In this document: in pieces, positions 24,501-37,000 of the stretch
Layout of the letters: every line of letters begins with the position of its first letter
Position numbering within the stretch: position 1 is the stretch's first letter
Source of the DNA: Macrostomum hystrix
Taxonomy: Eukaryota > Animalia > Platyhelminthes
Length of the DNA stretch: 64,000 nt
Direction of reading: 5' to 3'
Assembly: GCA_950097015.1 (NCBI GenBank)
Contig: CATNEN010000003.1
Location: 4,650,001 to 4,714,000, forward strand
Notes under the pieces: generated by a model
Databases searched by the model: none
Told to the model about the DNA's origin: nothing
Seen by the model: only the letters and a program-made list of their open reading frames with translations
Translations under genes and position numbers: made by a program

Positions 24501-25057
24501 TTTTTACGATTCACTTGAATATTGTGCTGATGAACACGTCGAATCTTGTGACGATGTAAAAGATTCTTCTAACGATACACATGAATCTTGTGACTATACA
24601 CATGAATCTTGTGACGATACACATGAATCTTGTGACGATACACATGAATCTTGTGACGATACACATGAATCTTGTGACGATACACACGAATCTTGTGACG
24701 ATATTGTGTGAATTTCTAGGATTTACATGCATCCTCTGACAACACTTACTACATATACACGCTATTCTTTACTTTTTAACAGATCTTCTAATCAAGCTAA
24801 AGAAGGCTGATTCGAACCGAATCAGCAACCAACTGGTTGACTTCTACAACCGCCGGTTGCTTAGAAAGCGACGCAGAGGTCCTGACGACTGCACCGAGTC
24901 GTCACAAGCGACCCCAGCACTCGAAATTCTACTGACGAAGCTGCGCAAACAACAGCAGGCTGCAGCCGCCCAGAGAGCGCACGCTACTCATAGTAGCATC
25001 ATGGGAATACGCAAGCGCTGTCGGCTGTTTGGTCGGCTCAGCTGTCCTGTTGGCTGA
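21588..25057 (+). CDS. Candidate secreted neuropeptide/prohormone precursor, 133 aa, 2 exons
   Basis: Exon 1 21588-21714 (caag|gtagga) and exon 2 24783-25057 (ttttaacag|) join in phase 1. Product has a signal peptide MRFLTISAASILLLIGVACRCDG, cleavage sites RKRRR and RKR, and C-terminus CRLFGRLSCPVG*. Confidence 0.75.
21878..22339. repeat. 19-bp minisatellite
   Basis: Unit tgttagacagggtgtgatc, about 24 copies, intronic. Confidence 0.95.
22605..23518 (-). mobile_element. tRNA-derived CORE-like SINE family B, split by a nested insertion
   Basis: 22605-22893 plus 23486-23518 reconstitute the intact copy at 58878-59213. Minus strand has a tRNA head (ggttcgattcccg), then gtcctttagcaagacacttaactc..cagttcacccagctgttaaatggg. 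Confidence 0.88.
22894..23485 (-). mobile_element. SINE family C (about 590 bp) inserted in the SINE B head
   Basis: 12-bp TSD gtccgacg(c/t)cct at 22882-22893 and 23486-23497. tRNA-like head ggggcgagtgggtcagcggctaacg..gttcgattcaccc and a (GATA)n tail. Confidence 0.85.
24540..24702. repeat. 21-bp minisatellite
   Basis: Unit gaatcttgtgacgatacacat, with degenerate copies back to about 24340. Confidence 0.88.
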
Positions 25058-27569
25058 TGAAATAATTGTTGACATGAAACGGAAGCGAAGAGAATTTTAA
25101 AGGTCAAGAAATCAAAGTTAAAATGATTCATTTAGGGTTTGAGCTACGAGCTCCTAAAGAAAACCGATCACAGATCCCTGCAGATTCTTCATATAAATTC
25201 CAAAAGCCATGCGATATTTCAGGAATATTTAGCATTCTTGAAAAATTCTTTTTTATTGACCAATACCTAAAAACACGAATTCTTTTAGAAAAATCTCATG
25301 AAAGTCATTTTCGGATGCTCTAATATCAAGGAATTTTACATTTTTAAAGCTGAAAAAGGTTTGAGTAAAACAAACTACGTCAACTTATTGCGGTGCAACT
25401 GTTCCTTTAATAATTTTTTATGATCTCTTAAGAAAATACGCTCGTATCTGTTTGTCCAACTTTATGAAACATGATAATAAATCATTCGACCCCAACAAAC
25501 TTGCAAATCTAATTGCAGGAATCTATAAAATGTTGAAGCTGAAAAGCATCGATGCATGGTAACAATTTCAAGCACAAGACATGTAATGTTTTGTCATGGT
25601 TTTTTTAAACGAATTACTACAATCTAGCACGCAATCATCATCTACAATTGCCTTGCTTCGCGATCGACATGAGCAACTAAACTTAGCACACTGCAGCAGT
25701 ACAATCAAGCGCGATCGACGTGCAACTGCAGAAGCGAAACATTGCATGCTCTGATCGAGCCAAACGGTGTCTTTGTAGTATTATTTAGCTCATGCAAGCA
25801 GCTGGTTAAGCCAGAGCAATATAATATTTGTTCAATGTAAAATATTTGTATTCGTAATTAGTAGCACTCGTGAATAAAATTTAGTGCGAGGATAAAACGA
25901 GAAGTGTTAAAAAATTAGCTTTGATAATTAAAGGTTGCACGAAGATTGGACAAACATCATTGCATTTTATAGAGGACAGAGGAGAAAGAAGAGCTAGAGA
26001 GAAAAGCAACAATTGTCACCTTAACAAGCTACACTATGGATTTACATTAAACGACTGCACATGTACTTTGAATATGTCATCCTTTTAAAAAACTTTAAAG
26101 TAAATTTCTTGTCATATAGAGTAAAAAAAGACAAGCAAGAACTGCAAGGTGTTAAGATTTAGTGTAGATTTGTTTTAACTAATTGTTCGCTTTAAATTTA
26201 GTTAATCGAAATCTCGGAAATCGCCCAAAAATTATTCGCTCTAGTGTGCGGCGATTCCTTAATGGCAACTGTCAAGTTAGTGGTTAGTACTGCGCCTATC
26301 ACTAGTTTTATTTTTCTGAAAGCTAGCTACTTCAAAAAGTGTCCTGCTTAGTTTTGTAATTGGCCTGTCGCAATATGCCTTTCAATTTAACCACAATTCT
26401 ACAAACAAGCCAAACCACTAACCACTGCCCCTGTTAATCCCGTCGGCCAGGACAGACCTTAACATAGTTGTTCTATTTAGTATTCGTTTTTAGAGTTTTA
26501 TAAAAGCACCAGTAAGCAAAGAAATTAAAGAACATTTTAATTACTTAGTTAACACATTTTTTCATATTCTAAGGCAATCTGGCTAGGCCTAGCTTATACA
26601 GTTTAGTTACAGCTAGGGCCTAAACTTGTGTTCAGCAGTTGCAGATTTAGGTTGTTTTTTTATATTATACCTTATAGTAAGATTTATAGGTAGGGTTAGA
26701 TTTATTTTTGAGCAATTCCAGTGCAATTTGTTATAGTTTCCGTTTCTGTAAGTTTTTGTTTCACTTTGATATCAGAAAATCCTTGATGCTAGTGGGCTAT
26801 AATGCAGTAATGAACTTGGCAGGATGCCAGTCACATCTAGGCTAGTTTTAATTCTAAGATTTATTTTATATATTTGCCCTTGAGCCCCTTTTATTGATTA
26901 GTGTCTTATAGGCTAGAGGCAAAGTTAGTGGTTAGAGTGTTGTATTGACTCAGGTTTTATTTATATAGTTTTATAAGGCCTAGAGATATAAAGTAAAATT
27001 GAATATTGAGTCTTAATTCTCTATCAAATAATAAAGCAAGAGGCACTGATGCAGCTTAGATGCTATCCTGAACCCTTATAAAAAGCAAATTCCAAACATC
27101 AGAATGTTTTGTTAAACAAATAGGGACCTAAGTTGAATACAACTTAAAGAGATAGGCTCCCAACCAATAAAGTTAAATATTACCATTAATAGGTGCGTAG
27201 TTAATGATGATGACAAGAAAGTGTTTAAAAGGCCTAACAAAAAAGTTTAGGGAGGTTTCATAGTTGGCTAGTAACTAGTCCAAATTTGTTTAATATAACA
27301 GCACATACTACTTTATTCCATTAACAACTGGTTTAGTTTAACTGTTCTTTGAATCAAAATTGTTAGTAAGTACCTCACATTTCTTTGTTGTTTATAAATG
27401 AATTATAAAACATGATTTTGAATTTATATATTGTAAGAAAAAAAATAAAGCCTAGCTTAAGTTTGGATAGTATATAAAAAATCTGTTACAAAAATTAAGC
27501 TTTTATTTCACATGTATACTATCAAATCAGTTTATTCTAGATAAATAAAAAAAACCAATGAGTGAAATT

Positions 27570-27790
27570 TAAGCTTAGTGATTTGAGCTCACGAACTCTA
27601 ACTGAGAGGTTAGGGGTTAGAATCTCTGACAATAATAAGCAATTTTATATAATTGTGTCATTTATTTAAGGCATCCAGCATCTCAGTTACTTCAGTTTAC
27701 CCAGATGTGTGAGTACCAACATGAGCTGGATAAGATTTTTTTGGGTGAGTTTGGTGGCCCTTTCACCCAGTCCATAGACTCAAAAGCTAT
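27570..27790 (+). mobile_element. Degenerate SINE B relic
   Basis: cttcagtttacccagatgtg..gagctggataa..ccagtccatagact resembles the SINE B body. Confidence 0.5.
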
Positions 27791-28048
27791 AGCAACTTAA
27801 TGTAAATTAGAAGTTCAGCACAATAGCTTTAAATTTGCTATTAGCTTTATATATGCCCCAGCTAGGTTAGGTCATATTTAATTTTTTATCTATCTATGTA
27901 GATTCAAATCATACAGTTTATAATCTATTTTGTTTTTTAAAGGCTTAACTTGCTCTTTGCAAATATAGTTAACAAACTTATTGTAAATTTGCTTTCTCAG
28001 CTGTCTTGCATGTGCTCGCCAATTGTATTGTGATCAGCCAGCAGCAGC

Positions 28049-31000
28049 ATGAAGGTGACAGTGAGTTTCGGTGGCAATACTAAACTAGTTGTGCCATGCA
28101 GCAATGGCGATCTGACAATACGCGAACTGGTTGATAAGGCCTGTGCCAGGCTGCAGTCCAGCGGCTGGGCTGGCGGCTTCTCAGTCACGTGCGTCACTTT
28201 GGCCAGGGATGGCGGCATACTAGACTGGAGCGACCGAGTCGCCGACGTCCTGGATGATCGAGAAATGGTAAGCTTGAACTTTCCATTTTTTTACCATTCA
28301 AAAGGCAGCATATTAATTGCTGAGTGATCTGTTTTGTTGCCCTAGATTCGAATATTTATGCGACAGTTGCCAACCCCAGATGCAGGGTTGGATCTGGTGT
28401 GGCTGTGCAAGGAGTGACGACTTAATTTCTATGAGTTTGTACTTTAATATAAAACGATGTGGATTCTAACTCACGACTATTTAGCCTTCTGGCTAAAACA
28501 AATGTTAAAATAGCCTTATATAGTAAAGTAAAATGTTTGATGTAATATTCTGTCAAGAAATCTATTTATAGCTTTAAAGCTAATTTGTCACTTGCCTAAT
28601 TAATCATCAGTGCAAAGTTCTTTAGACTAGAAGCAGAACAGTTTACTGCGCTAAGAGCCCATTGTTTAGAACACAGTTGGCCTATCAGCAATTCGACTTC
28701 TGCTGTACTTGTGGTGCAGCAATCAATCAATGTAGTGCAATTATATTTTAGTTAATGCTTTGTTACCGTGCGGTTTTCTTGGCTGCAGTTTTACGGCATA
28801 GATTAGCATTCTATTTAAATAATGTAGCTTTATAAACATACTAAATGAATGGCGTTAACTCTAAATGCAATCAGTTCACATATATTATTCTAGCCTAGTA
28901 TATTTACCTGGCTGTTTCGTCATGCAAATAGGTTGGACAGGAGAGTTAGTTAATTGTATCGAATGGCAGCGTGCAATCTCTAGCTAGTATGGAAAATGTG
29001 TAACTTAATTGTAGCCATCTATTATTATTGCTATTATATTTATGTTAGCTATTAGAGTCTGGAGTTCTAAGCCCTATGGAAAAAATTTTCATTACTTTAG
29101 CAAGACACTTAATTCTACAGATTCAGTAGTGCAGGTAGAAATTCGGGTAAATTTGACAGCCTCCCCAGTCCATGGACTGAACAGCTGTACTCAGCCAATC
29201 TGCCAATTTTATTAACGCATTTGAAAAGTAGATATTTCTTATTTTCAATTATATCAGGTTTTGAAGGACTGCCTTCCGTATAGTTTTAATTCAAATTTCG
29301 TTACTCTCCAGCCGGTCAAAGAGATGTGCACATATTCAGAAGCCCATACTCTAATAATAATGACAAGCTAGCACTAGGTTTCTAGTTCAAAGGATGGCCC
29401 AGTAGTGTCGCTAATGGATTCTCTTACATATTCACATTCTCTGAAAATTCTCTCTGTGCAACTCGGTTTGTGTGGTTTGTCACGCCTCAAATAAGTCTTG
29501 CCCAAACAGAAACTCGTCATTCATTAATACAATGCGCTGCTTGTAACACTGCTAATTCCATCTAGCACTGTATACATGATCTAATTATGATTAATTAGCT
29601 ATTTATTACACCAGGTTTTGCATTAACCACGGTTTGGGTATTCAGTAGCTTGATATATTAGTTAAATAAATTAATAAAGTAATTCATTATTTCTTAGCAG
29701 GTTTTTAACTTACCATGTTTATGTCCAGGCTACAACGTTGTTTCCGAGGGCTTAGAGCGTCAGACTCATGTCTTGAAGGTCAGGGGTTCGATTCTGAGAG
29801 TTCAGTTCCAGCATCAGCTGGGGGTAATTGAAGGTGGGTGTGGCGCCTCCCCAGTCCATGGACTGAACATCCGTACGCAGCCGTATTATATATTATTTCA
29901 CTGTACCCTAGGCGGTTGGTTCTCATAGGTGTAAATTGCATCGAACTAATGTAGCCTCGCTGCGGAATCGAGCTCAGGAACCTTGCTGTGAGAGGCAAAC
30001 GCGTTAGCCGCTCTGCCAATCGTTCATTCTCCCGTGTTCAATATAGTAAAACAATCCAAAAAACTTGTCTTCCCCACCTCCAGCTGATCGCCCAGACAAA
30101 TCCTCCGATGGGGCATTCGTCCGACGCGTCGCAGTCTCCATCGCCCCTGTTGCCAACTGACCAGCATCCGTACCAGCATCAGCAGGTGTCAACAACCGCT
30201 TCGTCTCCGCCAATGCTCCCGCCTAGGCGCGGATCCGCTGCAGCCAGTCCTTGGGGCGGCGGCGGCATGAACGACGTCATCGTTGTCGACGTTGGTACAA
30301 GCCGGCAAACAATGCCTCAGCAGTTTCAGCACGATGTGATTGTAACTACTAAAGACATTGTTGAGTCGCCAACGCCAGTGACGCCTTTGCTAGTTCGCAG
30401 TACGCGCATGGGCGGACCGGCCAGTGCTGGCCGATCCAGCACTCCGCTTGTGACGTCCAGTGATCGACTTCCACCGCCGCCGCCGCTGCCGCCTCACGCT
30501 GACTCCGATGCTGAATTATCTAGATTGCATCAGCAGCATCTGCGGCAGTTGCACTATCAGCCAAATCAATCGCGCCAATCGGCAGAATTTATCGTCGATC
30601 TAAATGCCGAGCCTAGTCAAGATCTATTGAACGGCTTTGATGACGACTCACTGCCTAGCTACATAATTCGCTTGCCGCTGGACCCTAGCTCGGCTGAACG
30701 ATCGCCACCCTGCGGCCTGAGGACCAAACCGTTTTTAGATTCTAGCCAACGCTCAGCTGGCCTGGAGATTCAAACTATCGAGCCAGCAGGCTCGGTGGCC
30801 AAAGATGGCAGACTGAAAGTTGGCGACCGAATTCTTGAGATCAATGGCAACTCGCTGTTGGGCGTGTCTTTTAACCAGTGAGTGATGCTCGCGATATTTG
30901 CGTTTAATTTTTAGAGTACTTTATTACTGATTATAAAATAAAATAAATGTTCCCATTTTTTAAAAAGTAGCTTGTACATTTGTTAAATACCTAAATTCCG

Positions 31001-34000
31001 TATGCATTTCTTTATGTTCTAAAAGAACTATCTGTACAAGTTAATGCATTCTTATGCAATCCTACAATACATTCTTAGAATCGTAAAGCACATTCTTAGA
31101 ATCCTAGATGTACATTCTTAGAGTCCTAGATGTACATTCTTAGAATCCTAGATGCTCATTCTTAGAATCCTAGATGCTCATTCTTAGAATCCTAGATGCT
31201 CATTCTTAGAATCCTAGATGCTCATTCTTAGAATCCTAGATGCTCATTCTTAGAATCCTAGATGTACATTCTTAGAATCCTAGATGCTCATTCTTAGAAT
31301 CCTAGATGTACATTCTTAGAATCCTAGATGCTCGTTCTTAGAATCCTAGATGCTCATTCTTAGAATCCTAGATGTACATTCTTAGAATCCTAGATGCCCC
31401 GCTAAAAAATAAGGATGTTTCTTTGGGTGATTCCAGTTGGAATCTGCGGTGTTTCCAGAAAAAGAAATAGCCGAACGCTGGAAACATACCAATCGGATGA
31501 TTCCATGCTTAGAATCTACCCAACTGGGCGTTTTCTCGGTACTTCTTGGTGGCGAAATGGAATCACCCAGTTCGGAAGATTCCATGCTCAGAAACCGCCG
31601 AGGAATCGCCCGTAAAGAATTCTCTGGTTGCCCCATAGGCCGCTGGTTCGGGTGATTCTTCGTCGGTTTCTGAGCATCGAATCGGCTGCTTCCTGGGTGT
31701 TTTCTCAAACTCTTGCGAGATAGGGGGATTTTAAAAGATTCCACTCCTATTTTGCACAAAAACCCGCCGAAGAAGCAGCCGAATTTTTTACAGGGGCTCA
31801 TTCTTAGAATCCTAGATGCGCATTCTTAGAATCCTAGATGCGCATTCTTAGAATCATAGATGCTCATTCTTAGAATCCTGGATGCACATTCTTAGAATCC
31901 TAACCCTAATCCTAATCCTAATCCTAATCCTAATGCACAGTACACTCTTGGAATCCTACAGTACACTCTTGGAATCCTACAGTACACTCTTGGAATCCTA
32001 CAGTACACACTCTTGTAATCCTACAGTACATTATTAGAATCTTACAGTACATTCTTAGAATCCAGCAGGCGCATTCTTAGAGTGTTAAAGCTCATTATTA
32101 AAACCATTAATTAACTTCCTCAGAACCATGCTGCTTCTAAGGCAGGCCTCTCAGCAGCCTCAGCTAGTCCTCAGAATTCGCACCCAGTCTGGTCGGCCGC
32201 CTCCGCCGCCGCCAGTTTTGCCTAAGCCGACAGCGGCTGCAGCGTCTAGAAATCTGGACGAACTTGCTCGGGCTCACTCGCAGAATATTCTGCTGCACGA
32301 AGCTCAGCCGCCGCCGCCACCACCGCCGCCGCCTAGACATTCGCGACCGGAAAGTTCTGGCGATCCCGAAGTTGTTGTGACTTCAACCGATCCCTCTGCA
32401 ACAACAACAGCAGCAGCAGCAGCTTCGGGTCCTAATGCTCAGAATGTGCGCACTTTAGGCAACGTATTCTCAGTTGATCTGCTGAAATCAACTGACGGCC
32501 TCGGTTTCTCTGTGACGGCCAGGGATAACGCGGTGCCAACCGTTGAAAATCCCATATTCGTGAAGAGCATCCTAGCCAGAGGATCAGCTATTAGGGACGG
32601 CCGATTGAAGGCCGGCGATCGACTATTGGAAGTGAACGGTGTACAGCTCACGGGCAAGAGTCAGTCGGATGCTGTTAGTCTGTTGAGATCGATTCCAACT
32701 GGGGCTACGGTGAAACTGCTGCTGTCTAGACAGGGCGCTGTGCCTTCGTCATCAAGTACTGCGACCAATGCGACGGCAGCCGCTGAGGAGACTGCCGGAG
32801 AGGTGGCGAGATCTTTGGAGGTGCGTGTTGGTATTTGTTTGTGCTTAAATGATCCAGTAACAATCCTCTTTTCTAATCCAGTAAGAATCCCTTTTCTAAT
32901 CCAGTAATAATCCCCATTTCTAATCCAGTAACAATCCTCTTTTATAATCCAGTAAGAATCCCCCTTTATAATCCAGTAATTGATTATAATCCCCCTTTAT
33001 AATCCCCCTTTCTAATCAAGTAAGAATCCCTTTTCTAATCCAGTAATAATCCCCCTTTCTAATCCAGTAATAATCCCCCTTTCTAATCCAGTAATAATCC
33101 CCCTTTCTAATCCAGTAATAATCCCCCTTTTATAATCCAGTAAGAATCCCTTTTCTAATCCAGTAAGAATCCCTTTTCTAATCCAGTAATAATCCCCCTT
33201 TCTAATCCAGTAAGAATCCCTTTTCTAATCCAGTAAGAATCCCTTTTCTAATCCAGTAATAATTCCCCTTTCTAATCCAGTAATAATCCCCCTTTCTAAT
33301 CCAGTAAGAATCCCTTTTCTAATCCAGTAAGAATCCCTTTTCTAATCCAGTAAGAATCCCTTTTCTAATCCAGTCACAATCCCTTTTCTAATCCAGTAAT
33401 AATCCCCCTTTCTAATCCAGTAAGAATCCCTTTTCTAATCCAGTAAGAATCCCTTTTCTAATCCAGTAAGAATCCCCCTTTCTAATCCAGTAAGAATCCC
33501 TTTTCTAATCCAGTAAGAATCCCTTTTCTAATCCAGTAAGAATCCCTTTTCTAATCCAGTCACAATCCCTTTTCTAATCCAGTAATAATCCCCCTTTCTA
33601 ATCCAGTAAGAATCCCTTTTCTAATCCAGTAAGAATCCCTTTTCTAATCCAGTAAGAATCCCTTTTCTAATCCAGTCACAATCCCTTTTCTAATCCAGTA
33701 ATAATCCCCCTTTCTAATCCAGTAAGAATCCCTTTTCTAATCCAGTAAGAATCCCTTTTCTAATCCAGTAAGAATCCCCCTTTCTAATCCAGTAAGAATC
33801 CCTTTTCTAATCCAGTAAGAATCCCTTTTCTAATCCAGTAAGAATCCCTTTTCTAATCCAGTCACAATCCCTTTTCTAATCCAGTAATAATCCCCCTTTC
33901 TAATCCAGTAAGAATCCCTTTTCTAATCCAGTAAGAATCCCTTTTCTAATCCAGTAAGAATCCCTTTTCTTATCCAGTAAGAATCCCTTTTCTAATCCAG

Positions 34001-37000
34001 TAAGAATCCCTTTTCTTATCCAGTAAGAATCCCTTTTCTGATGCAATAATAATCCCCCTTTCTAATCCAGTAAGAATCCCTTTTCTAATCCAGTCACAAT
34101 CCCTTTTCTAATCCAGTAAGAATCCCTTTTCTTATCCAGTAAGAATCCCTTTTCTGATGCAGTAAGATAATATTTTTTGATCCAATAATAATCCCTTTCA
34201 AAGTGTCTTAAGAATAATAAAAAAACATTCCCATTGTATCTAGCTGGAATCCTTTTTGACAGTGCGAGTTTGAAACGCATGTTTCATGTTTCAATGTTTC
34301 ATCCTCGGCAGGTGTCCACACCGGGTGTTGGCGGCGGTGGCGGCGCCGACAGTGGGGTGGGTGGCGTCGACGGCACAATCTTTGCCACTTCTTCCGATGA
34401 TTCCGAGCCTGTACGCACTCTTGTATTTGACATTCCGTTGAATGACTCGGCCTCGGCTGGTCTGGGTGTCAGCGTTAAGGGTCACACTAGAGATCTAGAA
34501 GATTCCGGTGTCTATATAAAAAATGTAATGAAAGGCGGTGCTGCCCAGAAGGTAAGGAATTGTTTAGTAACCAGGTGTGGCACTAATAAGATGACGATGC
34601 ATTTATACTCATTTTTATATACATTGTTACTCGAGCTTTTTACCCGATAACTCTCGCGTAAAACTTTCTTTTACCAAATGTGATTGTAGCCTAGTTAACG
34701 GTCGGGGGTTCGATTCCAGACTTCACTGGAACAGACTACACTTAACTGTTTAGTTTACCCAGCTGTGTGTTAAATGGGTTAGCTGGGGATAATTGAGGGG
34801 GGTGTCGCGTTCCCCACCTCATGGACTTAACAGCCATAATAATAAATAATATGAGGCCACTCGTAATATTTACACGAGGGCTGCGGTTAATGGCACATCA
34901 TTTGGTGACACTAGTTCCGCAGCCAGCGAGAAGGCGATTCTGCTGACTCCTGAGTACACACGCTCACACAGGTGTGTACATCTGTGCTGACTTTCTCATC
35001 ATCAGGCAGTATACACTTCACTGTTACTTGGAGGTTGGCCCTCAAGGGCGTAAATTGCACTCGGCTGCGCCCTAATTGAATGTAGAAAAATCGAGCTCAG
35101 GACCTTGGTGTGAGTGGCAAACGCGTTAACCGCTCAGCCACTCTCTCCCCTCCCCCCGGATCAGCCACACTTAGCGCTAAAGCGCCGCACAATGTGCTGT
35201 CTGCTTCACACCTGGCCCAACTAGTTTTTATCGTTGCTACTATAAGTAGTCTATATCAGAGTGGAATGGAATCGCTTTCTCTCGCAGGATGGCCGTCTGC
35301 AAGAGAATGATCGCCTGCTGTCTGTGAACGGCGTTTCTCTAGCTGGCGTTGACAATGATGCAGCTATGGTCGCATTGCGTCGAGCGATTCGCGACAGCTC
35401 CGAGTTGGGCTATGTTCGCCTAGTGATTGCTAGGCGACCTCAGCTTCAACTGCACGATCAGCGGCTGGCTTCGGTGTCCGATTCGCCCCAGGAGACTGGA
35501 ACTGAAACTGGCAGTCAGCCGCCGCCGTTGTCGCAGCATCCGGCCGCAATGGGTGCTAGAGAGGCTCGAAATCAGCCTCGACTGCCCGGGTTTAATGGTG
35601 GCCTGGGTGTTGGGCAGACTTGGATTGAGCCGATGGACTTTGTGAACTCACAACCGCCTCCGGTTTGTTACTGATTGCATATTTTTTTGTTTTTTTACTG
35701 GCCTCTTTCATTTTTTTTCTGTTGCTCAGAGAACTTCACTTTATGGGTCTTTTTCTTGTTTTCTAGAGTATTTTGTTATTCTGTGATGTAGTGGCCTCTT
35801 GTGGTGGTTCCGTCAGGTACAGGCTACTTGTGGTGGATCTGTGAGGTAGATGCCTCTTGTGGTGGATCTGTGAGGTAGATGCCTCTTGTGGTGGATCTGT
35901 GAGGTAGATGCCTCTGTGGTGGATCTGTGAGGTAGATGCCTCTTGTGGTGGATCTGTGAGGTAGATGCCTCTTGTGGTGGATCTGTGAGGTAGATGCCTC
36001 TTGTGGTGGATCTGTGAGGTAGATGCCTCTTTTGGTGGATCTGTGAGGTAGATGCCTCTTGTGGTGGATCTGTGAGGTAGATGCCTCTTTTGGTGGATCT
36101 GTGAGGTAGATGCCTCTTGTGGTGGATCTGTGAGGTAGATGCCTCTTGTGGTGGATCTGTGAGGTAGATGCCTCTGTGGTGGATCTGTGAGGTAGATGCC
36201 TCTTTTGGTGGATCTGTGAGGTAGATGCCTCTTGTGGTGGATCTGTGAGGTAGATGCCTCTTTTGGTGGATCTGTGAGGTAGATGCCTCTTTTGGTGGAT
36301 CTGTGAGGTAGATGCCTCTTGTGGTGGATCTGTGAGGTAGATGCCTCTTGTGGTGGATCTGTGAGGTAGATGCCTCTTGTAGTGGATCTGTGAGGTAGAT
36401 GCCTCTTGTGGTGGATCTGTGAGGTAGATGCCTCTTCTAGTTTTTTAGTCCTGTTGTGCAGCGACTTTTTTGGTCCTATGTGGTTGGCACTTGATATTGC
36501 TTTCGCTCGTTACTTAGCTCTGAGAAAATTTTTGAACTATTTATAATTAGAAATCTGTCACACCTGCCAGGTGCCAACTCGGCCGTTCGCCCTGCTGCCT
36601 AATAAGCCGACCTACCCAGGAGCGCATCAGGTGATCAGCCGTGGCGGTGGCCTCTCGTCTAGTCATCAGCATCATCCCAATAGGAAATCTACATCGGTTG
36701 ATAATCTGCTCAATTCTAGAGTGAATCACGCGTGAGTTGATCGATTTGGTATTTCAAATTAAAGTTGGAATTTGAAAAAGAACAACTAACTAGATTTCAG
36801 AATTGTTTTCATTTTTATTTCCACAGCGACGAGGATTTCGATCCGGCGCCATTTGTTCGCGACGGTGTCGGGCGAAGGTCGATGAGCGAGAAGAAAACCA
36901 ACGTTTTTGCCGACGCCAAGCAGTTCGATTTCTATAAGGGCCTGCAATTGAAGAAGTCTCTAAGCGATTTGACAGGTAAAAAGTTTTCCGATTTTTTGGC

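Noticed and set aside
31382-31801. 139-aa ORF as a transposase fragment
   Set aside because: No transposase motifs; it simply spans the non-coding MITE.
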